A stretch of 64,000 bases of DNA from an uncultured Verrucomicrobiae bacterium (GCA_963837955.1 CAWIPH010000002.1:1184001-1248000); one strand, 5' to 3'; numbered from the stretch's first letter, positions 39,184-49,778 are shown. The notes: a model not told the origin generated them from the sequence alone. Numbers and translations are program-made.

Positions 39184-40593
39184 ATGAAACAACACGAGAA
39201 GACAAAAACCAAGTCCGAAGCGCCAAAACCGTTACACGAGCCAGAGCCCGATGCGGCTGGCATTGATGTAGGAGCCAATGAAATCTGGGTTGCTGTAGCG
39301 CCTGATCGTAGCGAGAAGCCAATCAGAAGATTTGGTGCATTTACTCAGGAGCTCAAGGCCATTGTCCAGTGGCTGCGAGATTGCGGGATTCGTACCGTAG
39401 CAATGGAATCGACCGGTGTTTACTGGATTCCACTCTATCAGCTTCTGGCCGATGCCGGACTGAAGGTCTGTTTAGTCAACGCCCGGCATGTCAAAAATGT
39501 ACCGGGTCGCAAAAGTGACGTGGGCGACTGTCAATGGTTGCAGTACCTCCACAGCGTGGGTCTATTGCGGGCTTCTTATCGGCCCGATCAAGCCATCTGT
39601 GCCGCGCGGAGCATTTACCGCTATCGGCAAAATCTGCTCACCCAGGCTGCTCAGCATCTCCAGCATATGCAGGCGGCCTTGGATCAAATGAATATTAAGC
39701 TCCACCACGTCATCGACGATCTGACGGGCATGACGGGGCTGGCGATCATCGAGGCCATTTTAGAGGGTGAGCGAGACCCACACCAATTGGCCAAGCATCG
39801 CGATCACCGAATCAAAGCTTCCCAACAAACCATCGTCAAAGCCTTGGAGGGCGATTGGCGCAGCGAACACCTCTTTGTTTTAAAAGTGGCCTGGGAAAAT
39901 TGGAAGCAGGCTCAACACCAAATCCAAAAATGTGATCAACAGCTGCTGGAATACACCCGCCAATTGGAAGCCTGTACTACTCTGGCCAAGCCGATCAAGA
40001 CCGTGCGCTTGAGCACGCAAGCAGCCGGCTCTCATCCCGTTGCCCGGCCCAGCAAACCGCGCAGGAAAACCAGCAAGAATGAACCCCCGGGGCCTTGGCG
40101 AGAAGAACTCTCTCGCTTCTTTGGCGTTGATCTGACCGCTATCCCAAGCATCAGCGTTCTCACCGGTATTACCCTGATGACCGAGCTAGGTAATGACCTG
40201 GGTGCTTTCAAGAGCGCACACCACTTTAGTTCCTGGCTCTGTCTGTGTCCGGATAACGAGACCAGCGCTAGCAAAGTGCTTCGCCGAGCGACCCGTCGCA
40301 GCCAAAATCGGGTTCGACAGGCATTGCGCATGGCTGCCTCTTCCTTGCACCATGATAAGAGCTACCTGGGAGACAAATACCGACGCTTGCGCGCCAAACT
40401 AGGTGCTCCCAAGGCTATCACCGCCATGGCCCACCAATTAGCCAGAATCCTCTGGCACCTCATCGTTCATCGAGTCCCCTTTGATCTGACCATCTTTGCT
40501 GCTTACGAAAAGGCCAATCAGACCCGACGTCTCAAACGACTCTCCTCTGCTGCCCGCCAGATGGGCTACCAACTGACTCCTATCGCTACCTGA
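39184..40593 (+). CDS. IS110-family DEDD recombinase/transposase
   Basis: Protein identical to 35294-36703. Confidence 0.95.
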   Translation: MKQHEKTKTKSEAPKPLHEPEPDAAGIDVGANEIWVAVAPDRSEKPIRRFGAFTQELKAIVQWLRDCGIRTVAMESTGVYWIPLYQLLADAGLKVCLVNARHVKNVPGRKSDVGDCQWLQYLHSVGLLRASYRPDQAICAARSIYRYRQNLLTQAAQHLQHMQAALDQMNIKLHHVIDDLTGMTGLAIIEAILEGERDPHQLAKHRDHRIKASQQTIVKALEGDWRSEHLFVLKVAWENWKQAQHQIQKCDQQLLEYTRQLEACTTLAKPIKTVRLSTQAAGSHPVARPSKPRRKTSKNEPPGPWREELSRFFGVDLTAIPSISVLTGITLMTELGNDLGAFKSAHHFSSWLCLCPDNETSASKVLRRATRRSQNRVRQALRMAASSLHHDKSYLGDKYRRLRAKLGAPKAITAMAHQLARILWHLIVHRVPFDLTIFAAYEKANQTRRLKRLSSAARQMGYQLTPIAT

Positions 40594-40799
40594 GACCGAT
40601 CTCCGCTGTGAACTCCACGCTAAACTCCACCATGTTCCTTATGAGAGCGGACGCGTTGGTTTGTGCTACCCGGGGTTACGCAAAGCCTCCACCCCGGGCT
40701 GAGTCCTTTAACGCCTTCGGCGTACCTGGCGTATCCGACCTCTGGCATCGGCTCTCTCTCGCCTCCCGCTGACTGCTCACTGCTCACCAAAATCACCGA

Positions 40800-43700
40800 T
40801 TAGTGGAAATCATGCGAGTCGGAGATATCTAAGGCGAGCGCGGGGAGCCGTTCAATAGTCTTTGCTCGGACATGAATAACACCGGCGTGCACCTGCAGAA
40901 TCCCTTCGATCACGAGAAACGATTCCTGAGTAATTACGAGCCGATATTTTTCGAATAATTGAGGGGTTACAATGGAGTTGCTGATCCCGGTCTCGTCCTC
41001 CAGGCTGATGAAAACAAACCCTTTGGCCGTACCGGGCCGTTGCCGGCAAATCACCTGACCACCTATTCGGATCTGGCTACCATTCGGCGCTTGAGGTAGA
41101 TCGATGCTCCTCCAAATATCGTTTGGCAACTGCGACCGCAGATAACCGAGCGGATGAGGACCAACGGTTAGCTTCATCGTCTCAAAATCGGAGGTCAATC
41201 TTTCGATCGGTTCCATCGGAGGCAGAGGTGCGATGGTTTCCGAGTCCGGAGTAAACAATTCATCTTGATAAAACTCTTCTTCTACCGACCAGAGCGCCTG
41301 ACGACGATGCGTAGTCAATGGATTTAACGCTCCGGCTTTAGCCAGAACCCGAAGCTCATCGCGAGCAAAATGAGTGCGTGTCCGAAAATCGAGCAAATCA
41401 GCAAATGGGCGGCGATCACGTTCTTCGATCATTTTTGCTACAGCAGTTTTTTGAATCCCCTGGGTTAGACAGAATCCGAGACGGATCGTCTGATCCGATT
41501 CCACGGTGCAAAGCCAGTCGGAGTGGACCATCGAAACGGGTAATACCCGAACCTGATGGCGTTGTGCATCTTTGATCAAAGTGGCGGAAGAATAAAAACC
41601 CATCGGCTGGTTGTTGAGCAAGCCAACGTAAAACTCCGCCGGGCGATGTACCTTCAGCCAGGAGCTGGCATAGGCGATCAAGGCAAAACTGATGGCATGC
41701 GATTCCGGAAAGCCGTAAAGGGCGAATGAGGTAATGGCAGCTACAATTTCCTCAGTTACTTTCGGATTGACCTGATTGGCCGCTAACGCCGTGCGCAATT
41801 TTTTTTCGACGCGTTGCATACGTTCTTGGGAACGATGATAACTCAAGGCGCGCCTGAGCTCTTCGGCTTCGGTTCCGGAAAAGTTAGCCATGACCATCGC
41901 GATTTTGAGCATCTGCTCCTGAAACAGCGGGACACCCAAAGTGCGTTCTAGAACCGGCTTCAATCGATCATCTAAATAACTGATCGGTTCCGAACCTTCG
42001 CGACGGGCCAGATAAGGGTGCATGAGACGCCCTTGAATGGGTCCAGGGCGGATGATGGCCACCTCGATCACCAGATCGTAAAACTCGCGCGGTTTCATCC
42101 GAGGCAGCGTGGCCATCTGGGCTCGGCTTTCGACCTGGAACACGCCAATTGTATCAGCGGCGCAAAGCATATCGTAGGTCTTTGGATCATCCTTGGGCAA
42201 TTGAGCCAGATCGACCGGTCGGCCACGCTGCGCACAAATTTCGATCGCGTCTTGTAATGCTGCCATCATGCCCAATCCCAGGAAATCGACTTTGACGATA
42301 CCCAGGTCTTCGCAATCATCTTTATCCCACTGGATAACGGTGCGCCCTGGCATCGTCGCGTTCTCCAACGGAACGACCGAGTCGAGCTGACCTTCGCAGA
42401 TCACCATTCCGCCAGAATGTTGGCCTAAGTGCCGCGGCAGTCCTTGCATCGCGTGATAGACCTCCAGAAAAGCGTTCAAGCGAGGGTGATCGATAGGAAG
42501 CCCTGCTTGGCGCAATTGATCATGGGCGGATAAGGTATGTGGAAAATCTCCATGCGTGTGCAATCGAGAAAACCGGTCCATGACGTCCTCTGGCAAATTA
42601 AGCGCCTTGCCGGTCTCGCGCATCGCGCTGCGACCACGAAAGTTAATGACATTGGCTGTCATGGCAGCTCCGAGACGTCCATAACGTTGATAAATTTCCT
42701 GGATGACTTTTTCCCGACGCTCGCCGCTGGGAAGATCGAGATCGATATCAGGCCAGCCTTTGCGTCCTTCGGTGAGAAAGCGCTCGAACAAGAGCTTTCC
42801 GCCTACCGGATCTACCGCAGTAATTCCTAAGCTATAACAGACAGCACTGTTGGCAGCACTACCGCGTCCCTGCACCATGATATCCGAGCGACCACAAAAA
42901 TTAATGATATCCCAAACAATCAAGAAATAACCGGGAAAGCCGAGTTTATGAATGAGGGCTAGTTCCCGTTCAATCTGATCACGTACTGGTAGAGTGATGT
43001 TGCCGTAACGATTACGGGCTCCTTCCCAAACGACAGCTTCCAAGTAGCTATCCATCGTTTCTCCTGGTGGAACGGGAAAACGTGGGAATTGATATCCAAG
43101 ATTCTCCAAGGTGAAATCGATGTCGGTCGCAATGGCCGCGCTATTGGCTACTGCCTGTGGCAAATCAGCAAAGAGCTTGCGCATGGTTTTCGCAGCTTTC
43201 AGCTGGCGTTCCGCGTTTGGTTCGAGGACGCGACCAGCGTGATCGAGATCTGTGTGGTGGCGAGCACAAGTAAAAACATCCAATACGGTGCGGCGATCAG
43301 GGGTGGCGTACAGAACTCCATTAGTGGCAACCAGTTTAAGCTGATGTTTCTGGGCCAGAAGAATGAGTTGCTGCTCAATCCATGGTTCTTCTCGACGATG
43401 ATGCCGTTGAACTTCGACAAACAAACTGCCAAAGCAGCGTTTTAACTCGGCCAATCGCTCATCTGCTTGAGTCGGATTCCCGTCTCGCAATGCTCGTTGA
43501 AGCGGTCCTTCTTCGTCCCCGGTCAAACAGAGAAGACCATCGGTGAACTCTGCTAGTTCGTTCCAGCCGATTGAGCTCTCATTTTTTGGGGAACGTAGTT
43601 TTGCTCGGGAAAGCAAGCGACAAAGATTCTGGTATCCATTCCGGGACTGCACAATGACCGGAAGTACCGAGCCATCCTCCATCGTTAATTCGCAACCGAT

Positions 43701-43889
43701 GAGCGAACGAATTTTAGATTCTTGTGCTGCAGCGTGAAAGCGAGGTGCTCCAAAAACGCCATCTCGATCGCATAAAGCAACGGCCGGTAATTCGAGATCA
43801 GCCGCTTGATAAGCCAGTTGTTCCGGTGAAGAACTCCCACGCAAAAAGCTGAAAGCGCTGCGGGCATGAAGTTCGACGTAGGGAGTCAT
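40800..43889 (-). CDS. dnaE2: error-prone DNA polymerase DnaE2
   Basis: YVELHARSAFSFL (PHP), GRGSAANS, PDIDLD, QRPGTAKG, C-terminal SHDFH; follows imuAB. Confidence 0.96.
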   Translation of the reverse strand: MTPYVELHARSAFSFLRGSSSPEQLAYQAADLELPAVALCDRDGVFGAPRFHAAAQESKIRSLIGCELTMEDGSVLPVIVQSRNGYQNLCRLLSRAKLRSPKNESSIGWNELAEFTDGLLCLTGDEEGPLQRALRDGNPTQADERLAELKRCFGSLFVEVQRHHRREEPWIEQQLILLAQKHQLKLVATNGVLYATPDRRTVLDVFTCARHHTDLDHAGRVLEPNAERQLKAAKTMRKLFADLPQAVANSAAIATDIDFTLENLGYQFPRFPVPPGETMDSYLEAVVWEGARNRYGNITLPVRDQIERELALIHKLGFPGYFLIVWDIINFCGRSDIMVQGRGSAANSAVCYSLGITAVDPVGGKLLFERFLTEGRKGWPDIDLDLPSGERREKVIQEIYQRYGRLGAAMTANVINFRGRSAMRETGKALNLPEDVMDRFSRLHTHGDFPHTLSAHDQLRQAGLPIDHPRLNAFLEVYHAMQGLPRHLGQHSGGMVICEGQLDSVVPLENATMPGRTVIQWDKDDCEDLGIVKVDFLGLGMMAALQDAIEICAQRGRPVDLAQLPKDDPKTYDMLCAADTIGVFQVESRAQMATLPRMKPREFYDLVIEVAIIRPGPIQGRLMHPYLARREGSEPISYLDDRLKPVLERTLGVPLFQEQMLKIAMVMANFSGTEAEELRRALSYHRSQERMQRVEKKLRTALAANQVNPKVTEEIVAAITSFALYGFPESHAISFALIAYASSWLKVHRPAEFYVGLLNNQPMGFYSSATLIKDAQRHQVRVLPVSMVHSDWLCTVESDQTIRLGFCLTQGIQKTAVAKMIEERDRRPFADLLDFRTRTHFARDELRVLAKAGALNPLTTHRRQALWSVEEEFYQDELFTPDSETIAPLPPMEPIERLTSDFETMKLTVGPHPLGYLRSQLPNDIWRSIDLPQAPNGSQIRIGGQVICRQRPGTAKGFVFISLEDETGISNSIVTPQLFEKYRLVITQESFLVIEGILQVHAGVIHVRAKTIERLPALALDISDSHDFH

Positions 43890-43901
43890 AGGAAGGAGAC
43901 T

Positions 43902-44161
43902 GTTCTTTACCCCAAAGGGGCAGGAGGACTTAGCCCGGGTTTTAACCCCGGGGCGGTTCAATCAAACGAGGCGCCCTGTAAGGGGCGCAAGCTCATGCGG
44001 TTCAATCCACACAAGATAATGTCGCCAAATCGCAGACCGTGTTTTTTCAGAAATCTCCAAAACTGTCTTCTAACACCCTTTCAGGGTGATGCGGTGGGTG
44101 GATTCTTACCTGGGGTTAAAACCCCAGGCTGAGTCCTGTAGCCCCCTTCGGGGCAAAGAAC
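43902..44161. repeat. REPIN/MITE with CCCC(A/G)AAGGGG terminal hairpins
   Basis: GTTCTTTACCCCAAAGGGG..GGACTTAGCCCGGGTTTTAACCCCGGG / CCTGGGGTTAAAACCCCAGGCTGAGTCC..CCCCTTCGGGGCAAAGAAC; same three-hairpin layout as 22618. Confidence 0.85.
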
Positions 44162-44168
44162 CAGCGCG

Positions 44169-44423
44169 GGTAAGGCGAAACCCGACTTCGCCAACTTGTC
44201 GCGCCGCAGGCTTGGCGAAGGCGGAAGCCTACGTCGCGGCCCAGCTCCGTGATGTTCCTCAAACGCACGGCTAGGGCGCGCCAAAGCGCAGCGACGGCGG
44301 CACGCCGTTGAGCGACAGCGAGATGAGGCGTGTGAGCCAAACCATGGGAGCAAAAGGCTCACAGTCCGGCGGTCGGCCCGATGTCTATGATACGTGGTGT
44401 TTGCCGGACTGTTTCGCCCTACC
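44169..44423. repeat. GTAG REPIN with nested small hairpin elements
   Basis: GGTAAGGCGAAAC...AGCGACAGCGAGATGAGGCGTGTGAGCC..GGCTCACAG..CTGTTTCGCCCTACC. Confidence 0.78.
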
Positions 44424-44501
44424 CGCGATGGGTAGAGAATCACCAAGAGCTGATCACTATTCACAAATCGGTAACCTGCCAACCCATAGCTTATAACCTG
44501 T

Positions 44502-46067
44502 TCAATCGTAAACGCCAACGACCACCCACCTTCCTGCGTTCAAGGCCAACCGATAAAGACCGCCATCTTCTAGCTCTACGTCCCATTCTTGCACATCCCA
44601 GCGTTCGACGTTCCACCAATTTCCTGAAGTGCGCCACGGACCACGAGCTACACTCACCGGACCTGTCACCGCGTGACCGCAGATCCAAGTAGGTTTACCT
44701 CTAGCCAATTGCACTTCGATCGGGAGCGCTGGCCGGTAACGACGTAGCGGTACGCCGATCCTTAAATGTTTGTCCTCGGATCGGCCTGTCTCGGACCAAT
44801 CGAAGGTCGGCATACGTAATCGAACACTGTCCGGTTTATGCGTATTCAATTTTTCCGGAATGCCGACCTGGTCGTTTCCGAGCAGGGCGGCTAAACGGGC
44901 TAGCGTTTGGAAAAACCGATTAGGATCTTTGAGACCACTCTGAAAAAGATCGAATTGATTTTGTCCTGGATTGCTTGGGATAGCCTCGAGCTCAAGTCCC
45001 ACAATGGGTGCGCTAGTTTGAACAGTGTCAAGATATTGCGATGCGATCCGGAATAAGGTTTCCACGTCCCGGGTTGGTGCGGGGATCTGTAAGCTTCGCC
45101 CAATTTTCTCGCCATCTTCCAGCACAAGCGTTAACCGGATTTCGGCAATGAACCGATAGACCGCAGCGATTCGCAGAGAAAGCCGTTCGAGAAACCGCCG
45201 GAGCATAAACAACAACGGTTCCAAAGTTTCCAAGCGATGTTCCAGATCGACGGTTTCAATAAAAGTTTCTGGCGGTTGGGTTTGTTTTAGTACGTTCTTC
45301 GATCTGCCGGCTGCTCGGTCCCATAACGATAATCCTTCCAGTCCCAAACGTTGGCCGATCTCTTCCCGAGGCAATCGGGTAAGTGCACCCAAGGATCGAA
45401 TGCCCCAATTTCGTAAAATATCAAAAAGGTAAGGAGAGGGATTAAGCGATTCTAAAGGGAGCGATTGGAGTAAGTTACTTTCCTTGGTCACCTGGAGAAA
45501 TGGGTTGGCAATTTTAGCGGCTTGCCAGGCTATTTCCGGATTTAGACCGACACCAAGCTGGGCGACAAAACCAAGGGAGCGCCATTGGGCTAAGAGTTCA
45601 CGGGCCCACCATTCCTGTTTGTTGCCTTTCCGGCCTTGCAGATCGAGGGTGCAGACCCCGGCAGCCGTATTCTCGATGTAGGGAGAGTAACGGTAACAAA
45701 GTTGCAGAAGAGCCGATTGTTGTTGGTGTTCCAATTCGGTAGCGGGCGCAAAAAGTTGAAGCTCTGATGTTCGGGCCAGAGCCAAACTTGTGGTGGCTCC
45801 GATCTCCACCCCTGCGGTGGCTGCTGCAGGGTTTATTTCAATAATTCGTACACCTTCCGGATCAAGTAGAGCAGCGGGTTTCTCCTCCTCGACTTTGGCG
45901 TTGCCCGAGAGTGGACAGTCGAGCATTGATTGCTCGATCGAGAGTTCTAATTGGTTGCTCGCTTTGACCAATTCCGGCAGAGCATTCAGTCGCTTTTGTC
46001 GAGCGCACTGTAGACGATAATAAGGCGTGTAAATGACAGCAAATAGGCGGGTTTTAAGCGCTGGCAT
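44502..46067 (-). CDS. imuB: ImuB, Y-family polymerase-like protein
   Basis: NPAAATAGVEIG, YSPYIE, WGIRSLGAL, GPWRTSGNWW; between imuA and dnaE2. Confidence 0.88.
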   Translation of the reverse strand: MPALKTRLFAVIYTPYYRLQCARQKRLNALPELVKASNQLELSIEQSMLDCPLSGNAKVEEEKPAALLDPEGVRIIEINPAAATAGVEIGATTSLALARTSELQLFAPATELEHQQQSALLQLCYRYSPYIENTAAGVCTLDLQGRKGNKQEWWARELLAQWRSLGFVAQLGVGLNPEIAWQAAKIANPFLQVTKESNLLQSLPLESLNPSPYLFDILRNWGIRSLGALTRLPREEIGQRLGLEGLSLWDRAAGRSKNVLKQTQPPETFIETVDLEHRLETLEPLLFMLRRFLERLSLRIAAVYRFIAEIRLTLVLEDGEKIGRSLQIPAPTRDVETLFRIASQYLDTVQTSAPIVGLELEAIPSNPGQNQFDLFQSGLKDPNRFFQTLARLAALLGNDQVGIPEKLNTHKPDSVRLRMPTFDWSETGRSEDKHLRIGVPLRRYRPALPIEVQLARGKPTWICGHAVTGPVSVARGPWRTSGNWWNVERWDVQEWDVELEDGGLYRLALNAGRWVVVGVYD

Positions 46068-46692
46068 AATTGGTCTCCACCAAAGTTTTGCGGTATAAAA
46101 ATTCGATTGGTCGAGAATCGGAAACGACGGAAGAAATCTCGGAAAGATCCCTCATGCGCAGATGCTCGTTGATCTGCAGCGCAACATAGGAGCTACCGGA
46201 AATATAGTAGCGGGTCAGGAGTAGCAGGGTAGCGCGAGTTTCTTCAACCACCCGTTGCAGACGGTACCAGGTGGTTGCGGGAATTTTTCTGAGTTCCTGA
46301 GGACCATTTTGTTTTAAATCGAGAATGGTAAGGGTAAAATTGCCGTCCCGGATCAGAAGATCAGCTGCTCTGGTTGCTTGAGTGGCATTCTGGCAACGCA
46401 ACCACAGCAAAAAGGGAGTTTCAGCGAGCGGCTCGAAACTGTTTTTCCCGTCTATCAGCGCAACGAACCGGCGCTGCATCGTTTGGATGATGTCGTGCAA
46501 TAAAAGGGCGCTGCCTCCACTAGGGTGAGGAACAACTAATTGAGCAACGGCACCCCTTCGTAACCCGCCCCCGAGCGAATGATCTAAGGCGGTCACCCCA
46601 GTCGACAAAAACGTAGATGATGGGAGAGTTCCTTGAGGGAAACGTTCAGCCAGAATTTTCCGGAGTTCGATGATTTTATCGGCAGGCGGCAT
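46054..46692 (-). CDS. imuA: ImuA, RecA-like protein
   Basis: LSTGVTALDHSLGGGLRRG, VALIDG, ADLLIRDGNF..ILDL; start 46692 or 46701. Confidence 0.85.
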   Translation of the reverse strand: MPPADKIIELRKILAERFPQGTLPSSTFLSTGVTALDHSLGGGLRRGAVAQLVVPHPSGGSALLLHDIIQTMQRRFVALIDGKNSFEPLAETPFLLWLRCQNATQATRAADLLIRDGNFTLTILDLKQNGPQELRKIPATTWYRLQRVVEETRATLLLLTRYYISGSSYVALQINEHLRMRDLSEISSVVSDSRPIEFLYRKTLVETNYASA

Positions 46693-46694
46693 TG

Positions 46695-46708
46695 TGTTCA
46701 TATGAACA
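46695..46708. promoter_or_regulatory. LexA (SOS) box, Verrucomicrobia type
   Basis: TGTTC-ATAT-GAACA directly upstream of imuA. Confidence 0.85.
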
Positions 46709-46874
46709 CTTATAAAAGCCGTGACAATTTTCAACTAAAAAAGAATCCAGAATTCAGAATCTGGAAGAGAAGGGCGGAGATACCCAGCATCGCGATAGCC
46801 TTGGGTAATCGCCGCAAACGGCTCAAGCCAATCCGGCGCCTGCCGTATTAGGCTTTCGCCCTACCGAAGCTGCC

Positions 46875-47429
46875 TCATCTCCCCGAGGAAGATGGCCACT
46901 GATTCGCGGTAGGCTGCCCCAGATCAGGAAAGTAGGGACTCGGCTTCCCTTCGTACTTTGGGTAGACAAATTTAGCCGCTGGGCTGGTAGTGCGGGTCAC
47001 GCCATGAATCGGATTGCAACCAGCTTTGGCGGCCAGCAGTAACGATTCCTTTAAGAGCAAAGAACCGAAACCGCGATTCCGATACTCACTGCTGATACAA
47101 GGCCCAGAAGAAAGATGATTTTCCGCCTCCGCCTCAATGTTGACCAAGGAAGCTGCAATCACCCGGTTGCCATGGGTGACCACCAAACAGTCGATGTCGC
47201 GATGATTGGCAAACCTCTCTTCGAATTCCTGATTGAGTCGCGGGATTAAGGCGGCGACCACGTCGTTCCAGCACGCGTCTTGAGCGAAACAGCTCTTAAT
47301 AACGGCCCAAGTCTGCGATTTTTCGGAACGAGCGGCTCGGCGGATCGAATATGGTTCTTCGATGATATAACTGGTTTGCGGCAAGAATTTTGCCTCCCAT
47401 GTGAACCGAAGCCAGCCCACTGATTTCAT
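46875..47429 (-). CDS. GNAT-family acetyltransferase
   Basis: Motif A CISSEYRNRGFGSLLL. Confidence 0.75.
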   Translation of the reverse strand: MKSVGWLRFTWEAKFLPQTSYIIEEPYSIRRAARSEKSQTWAVIKSCFAQDACWNDVVAALIPRLNQEFEERFANHRDIDCLVVTHGNRVIAASLVNIEAEAENHLSSGPCISSEYRNRGFGSLLLKESLLLAAKAGCNPIHGVTRTTSPAAKFVYPKYEGKPSPYFPDLGQPTANQWPSSSGR

Positions 47430-47826
47430 TAGCCAGTTATACTCTCCAAATCCTTGGTGGACGCAAGCTTGGATCGACTGCTGACTGGTCTTAAAGCTCG
47501 CCGAAACCTGTCCTCCGGCGCGCAGCTATACGAGTCGCAGACTTGCGACACCAGAGAATGAAGCTCCGGCAAATGTCGTTTTGGCTCTCTTAGAAAAAAA
47601 TCGGATCACTTCGTACCTCTTTTTTAAAAAGTATTTTGAAACCCGGAAGGATCAACAAAGACCAACCTTAAAGAGTCCGATCTGGATCATCTTTGATACA
47701 CACCCACCAGACGCAGGCGAGGAGAGCTGAGCCAAGAAAGAGGAACATACCCAAGGTGAGCATAGCTCATGGTGATGCCGGAATTAATGCATCGAGTCAA
47801 AGGGAATTTAACGACTTGCGAAAAAT

Positions 47827-48282
47827 TCAGAGCTGTACTTGAAAAAAATCGGACATTACTTGGCGGTAGACATCGCGCTTGAAAGGCGGAACCCAAGAAA
47901 TCTGGTACTCATCCGGCCAGATCCAGCGAATCGAACGAAACTCAGGGTCCGGGGTATACGGTGAGGGTTCGGGGTGGGAAGGGAGCAGATCGACTAAAAA
48001 GTAGTTTTGTTCCTGGCCATCGAAACCTTCTTTTTTGCGACCGGGTGCGAAGAGATAACGATAGGGTCCTCGCCGGTCGGTTATGCGATAGGAATCAGGC
48101 GGCAAGCCAACCTCTTCCTGGAGTTCCCTTTGCAATGCTTCTTCGGGAGTTTCCGACATCTGAATTCCTCCCTGAGGGAATTGCCAGCAGCCGGCTCGGT
48201 CGGCTCTTTCGCCGATGAGAATACGTCCATCAGGGCGACGGAGGATGGCGCCGACATTAGGTCGAAATTTTGCGTTCTGCAT
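47827..48282 (-). CDS. Nudix hydrolase, RppH-like
   Basis: FRPNVG, WQFPQGGI..SETPEEALQRELQEEVGL, GQEQ, VPPFKRDVY. Confidence 0.88.
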   Translation of the reverse strand: MQNAKFRPNVGAILRRPDGRILIGERADRAGCWQFPQGGIQMSETPEEALQRELQEEVGLPPDSYRITDRRGPYRYLFAPGRKKEGFDGQEQNYFLVDLLPSHPEPSPYTPDPEFRSIRWIWPDEYQISWVPPFKRDVYRQVMSDFFQVQL

Positions 48283-48291
48283 GCCGGTTCA

Positions 48292-49620
48292 TCAATGTCG
48301 CAACATATCGAGGAAACTCTTAACGGCGTCTTTGGCCTGATCTTTGAGCTCTTTGCCGACGCTCTCCTGCACCGCGTTCGCAATGCGTTTCGAAAGGTCT
48401 TCTTTTGGATTTTGCGGTGTGCCGGTCAACTGCATCGGCGCCCAATACAGACCATCTCGTTGCTCCGTAAATACCTTTTGCTGCACGCCCGGCAGGCAAT
48501 TCAAAATAGCCGTCGAAAGGCCGATGGACAATGTTGCGTTGATCTGGCCGGAGTTGATGGTCCCGCTTCCCTCAATCTTTACCTGATCCTGGTATTTCGC
48601 GATCAGGTGGGAAAATTCGATGTGTTGATCGCGATAGACTACTTGAGTATCAACCGAGTCAAGGGCCCAATCATTCAATCCCGAGGTCTTAACCAGCGAA
48701 CGGATCTTGCCAAGCAAAAGAGACCAGTCAAATCGCAATTGGTCGATGTGCAACGATCCAGTAAAAGTTCCGTCATTCTCTCGCTGTATCGTGCCGGCGT
48801 AGTCGGCCGTTCCGGACGCGTTGCCGCTCAAGTGCAACTCCTCCGAGTAGAAGTTGTTGATCGGCAGTCCACTGAATTCCGCATGAAGTCGGGAAGTCTG
48901 GTCCTGGTATAGTGCGACAAAGCCATTGAGTGAAATCGTCCCGCCGTTTTGTCCGAAAAGTTTAGCTTGGGTGATGGTCACCCCCTTCGACCCAGCGGAT
49001 GCCGAGAGCGTATCGAGTGTCAGCGGAAGGAGCCCGGTCTGCTGCGTTTTTCCGCCCGATGCCGAAAGGTCCCAGGAATCTTCGCCGCGCCGCGTGGCGA
49101 TGATCCGCGTCCCAAGCAGCTCACCCGATCCACTCTGACTAGCTGACCAATGCAGATTTGCCTGATTAATCGCTACGCGGTCGATTCGGAAATCGAACGT
49201 AAAAAGGTGAGGGAGGTTTATCCCCGAACCAGAACTAGCTGACCTCTTTTGCACCACGGGTTCGGTCGCCGGTTTTCCCAGATAGACATTCGCTTTTTCA
49301 ACGCTGACCTCGTCAAAATCCCAGGTCCGCGCAAAAAGCATTGGCCAATTCAAATGAGCGGAAATGTTGGTTGCGTCCAGCGAGTTCACCCGGTTTTTCG
49401 GTCGTCCCGTCCCAGAATAGCCGGGAAAGGAGAAAATAGGACCATTCCAGGTAACCGGTTCAAGTTTACCGTCTAGGCGCAAAGAACGATTCAATCGCTG
49501 GGTCAACCATTCGCGACAAGCATCGCTTTTTACGAAGCTGTAGATACCGATTCCTCCGCCGAGGAGGAGGCTCAAGATTGCGGCTCCCAGAAGAATCAAA
49601 GGTAGGCGGAATCGTTGCAC
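48292..49620 (-). CDS. AsmA-like/bridge-type hypothetical protein
   Basis: N-terminal TM then beta-rich body, C-terminal LTGTPQNPKEDL; GTG start at 49620 inferred. Confidence 0.6.
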   Translation of the reverse strand: MQRFRLPLILLGAAILSLLLGGGIGIYSFVKSDACREWLTQRLNRSLRLDGKLEPVTWNGPIFSFPGYSGTGRPKNRVNSLDATNISAHLNWPMLFARTWDFDEVSVEKANVYLGKPATEPVVQKRSASSGSGINLPHLFTFDFRIDRVAINQANLHWSASQSGSGELLGTRIIATRRGEDSWDLSASGGKTQQTGLLPLTLDTLSASAGSKGVTITQAKLFGQNGGTISLNGFVALYQDQTSRLHAEFSGLPINNFYSEELHLSGNASGTADYAGTIQRENDGTFTGSLHIDQLRFDWSLLLGKIRSLVKTSGLNDWALDSVDTQVVYRDQHIEFSHLIAKYQDQVKIEGSGTINSGQINATLSIGLSTAILNCLPGVQQKVFTEQRDGLYWAPMQLTGTPQNPKEDLSKRIANAVQESVGKELKDQAKDAVKSFLDMLRH

Positions 49621-49778
49621 AGAGTCTAAGACGCAGAATTCAGTATTTCGTTCAGACGCGACCCGCGTCCCGCAGAGAGTTTCATTTAAGGTACCTTGGG
49701 TTGCTATCGGGAGAATCGGCGAATTTGCAAGGAGTTTGCCTGAGCACGAGGATTGCGCCGAGGACAATTTGCTTGCAG

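Larger units (their letters stand above)
38891..40643 (+). mobile_element. IS110-family element copy 2 (1753 bp)
   Basis: AG at 38889-90 and 40644-45; 293-bp left non-coding end, 50-bp right end; subterminal IR AGGAACAT (38927) / ATGTTCCT (40632). Confidence 0.95.
38655..40725. mobile_element. CGCCGAAGGCG-family REPIN/MITE (short spacer) interrupted by IS110 copy 2
   Basis: Left arm 38655-38750; right arm split at GCTCTTTCAG|IS|AGAGCGGACG. Confidence 0.85.

Noticed and set aside
35244..40643. Composite transposon carrying the symporter
   Set aside because: Each IS copy sits in its own reconstructable REP target with its own core, which fits two independent insertions
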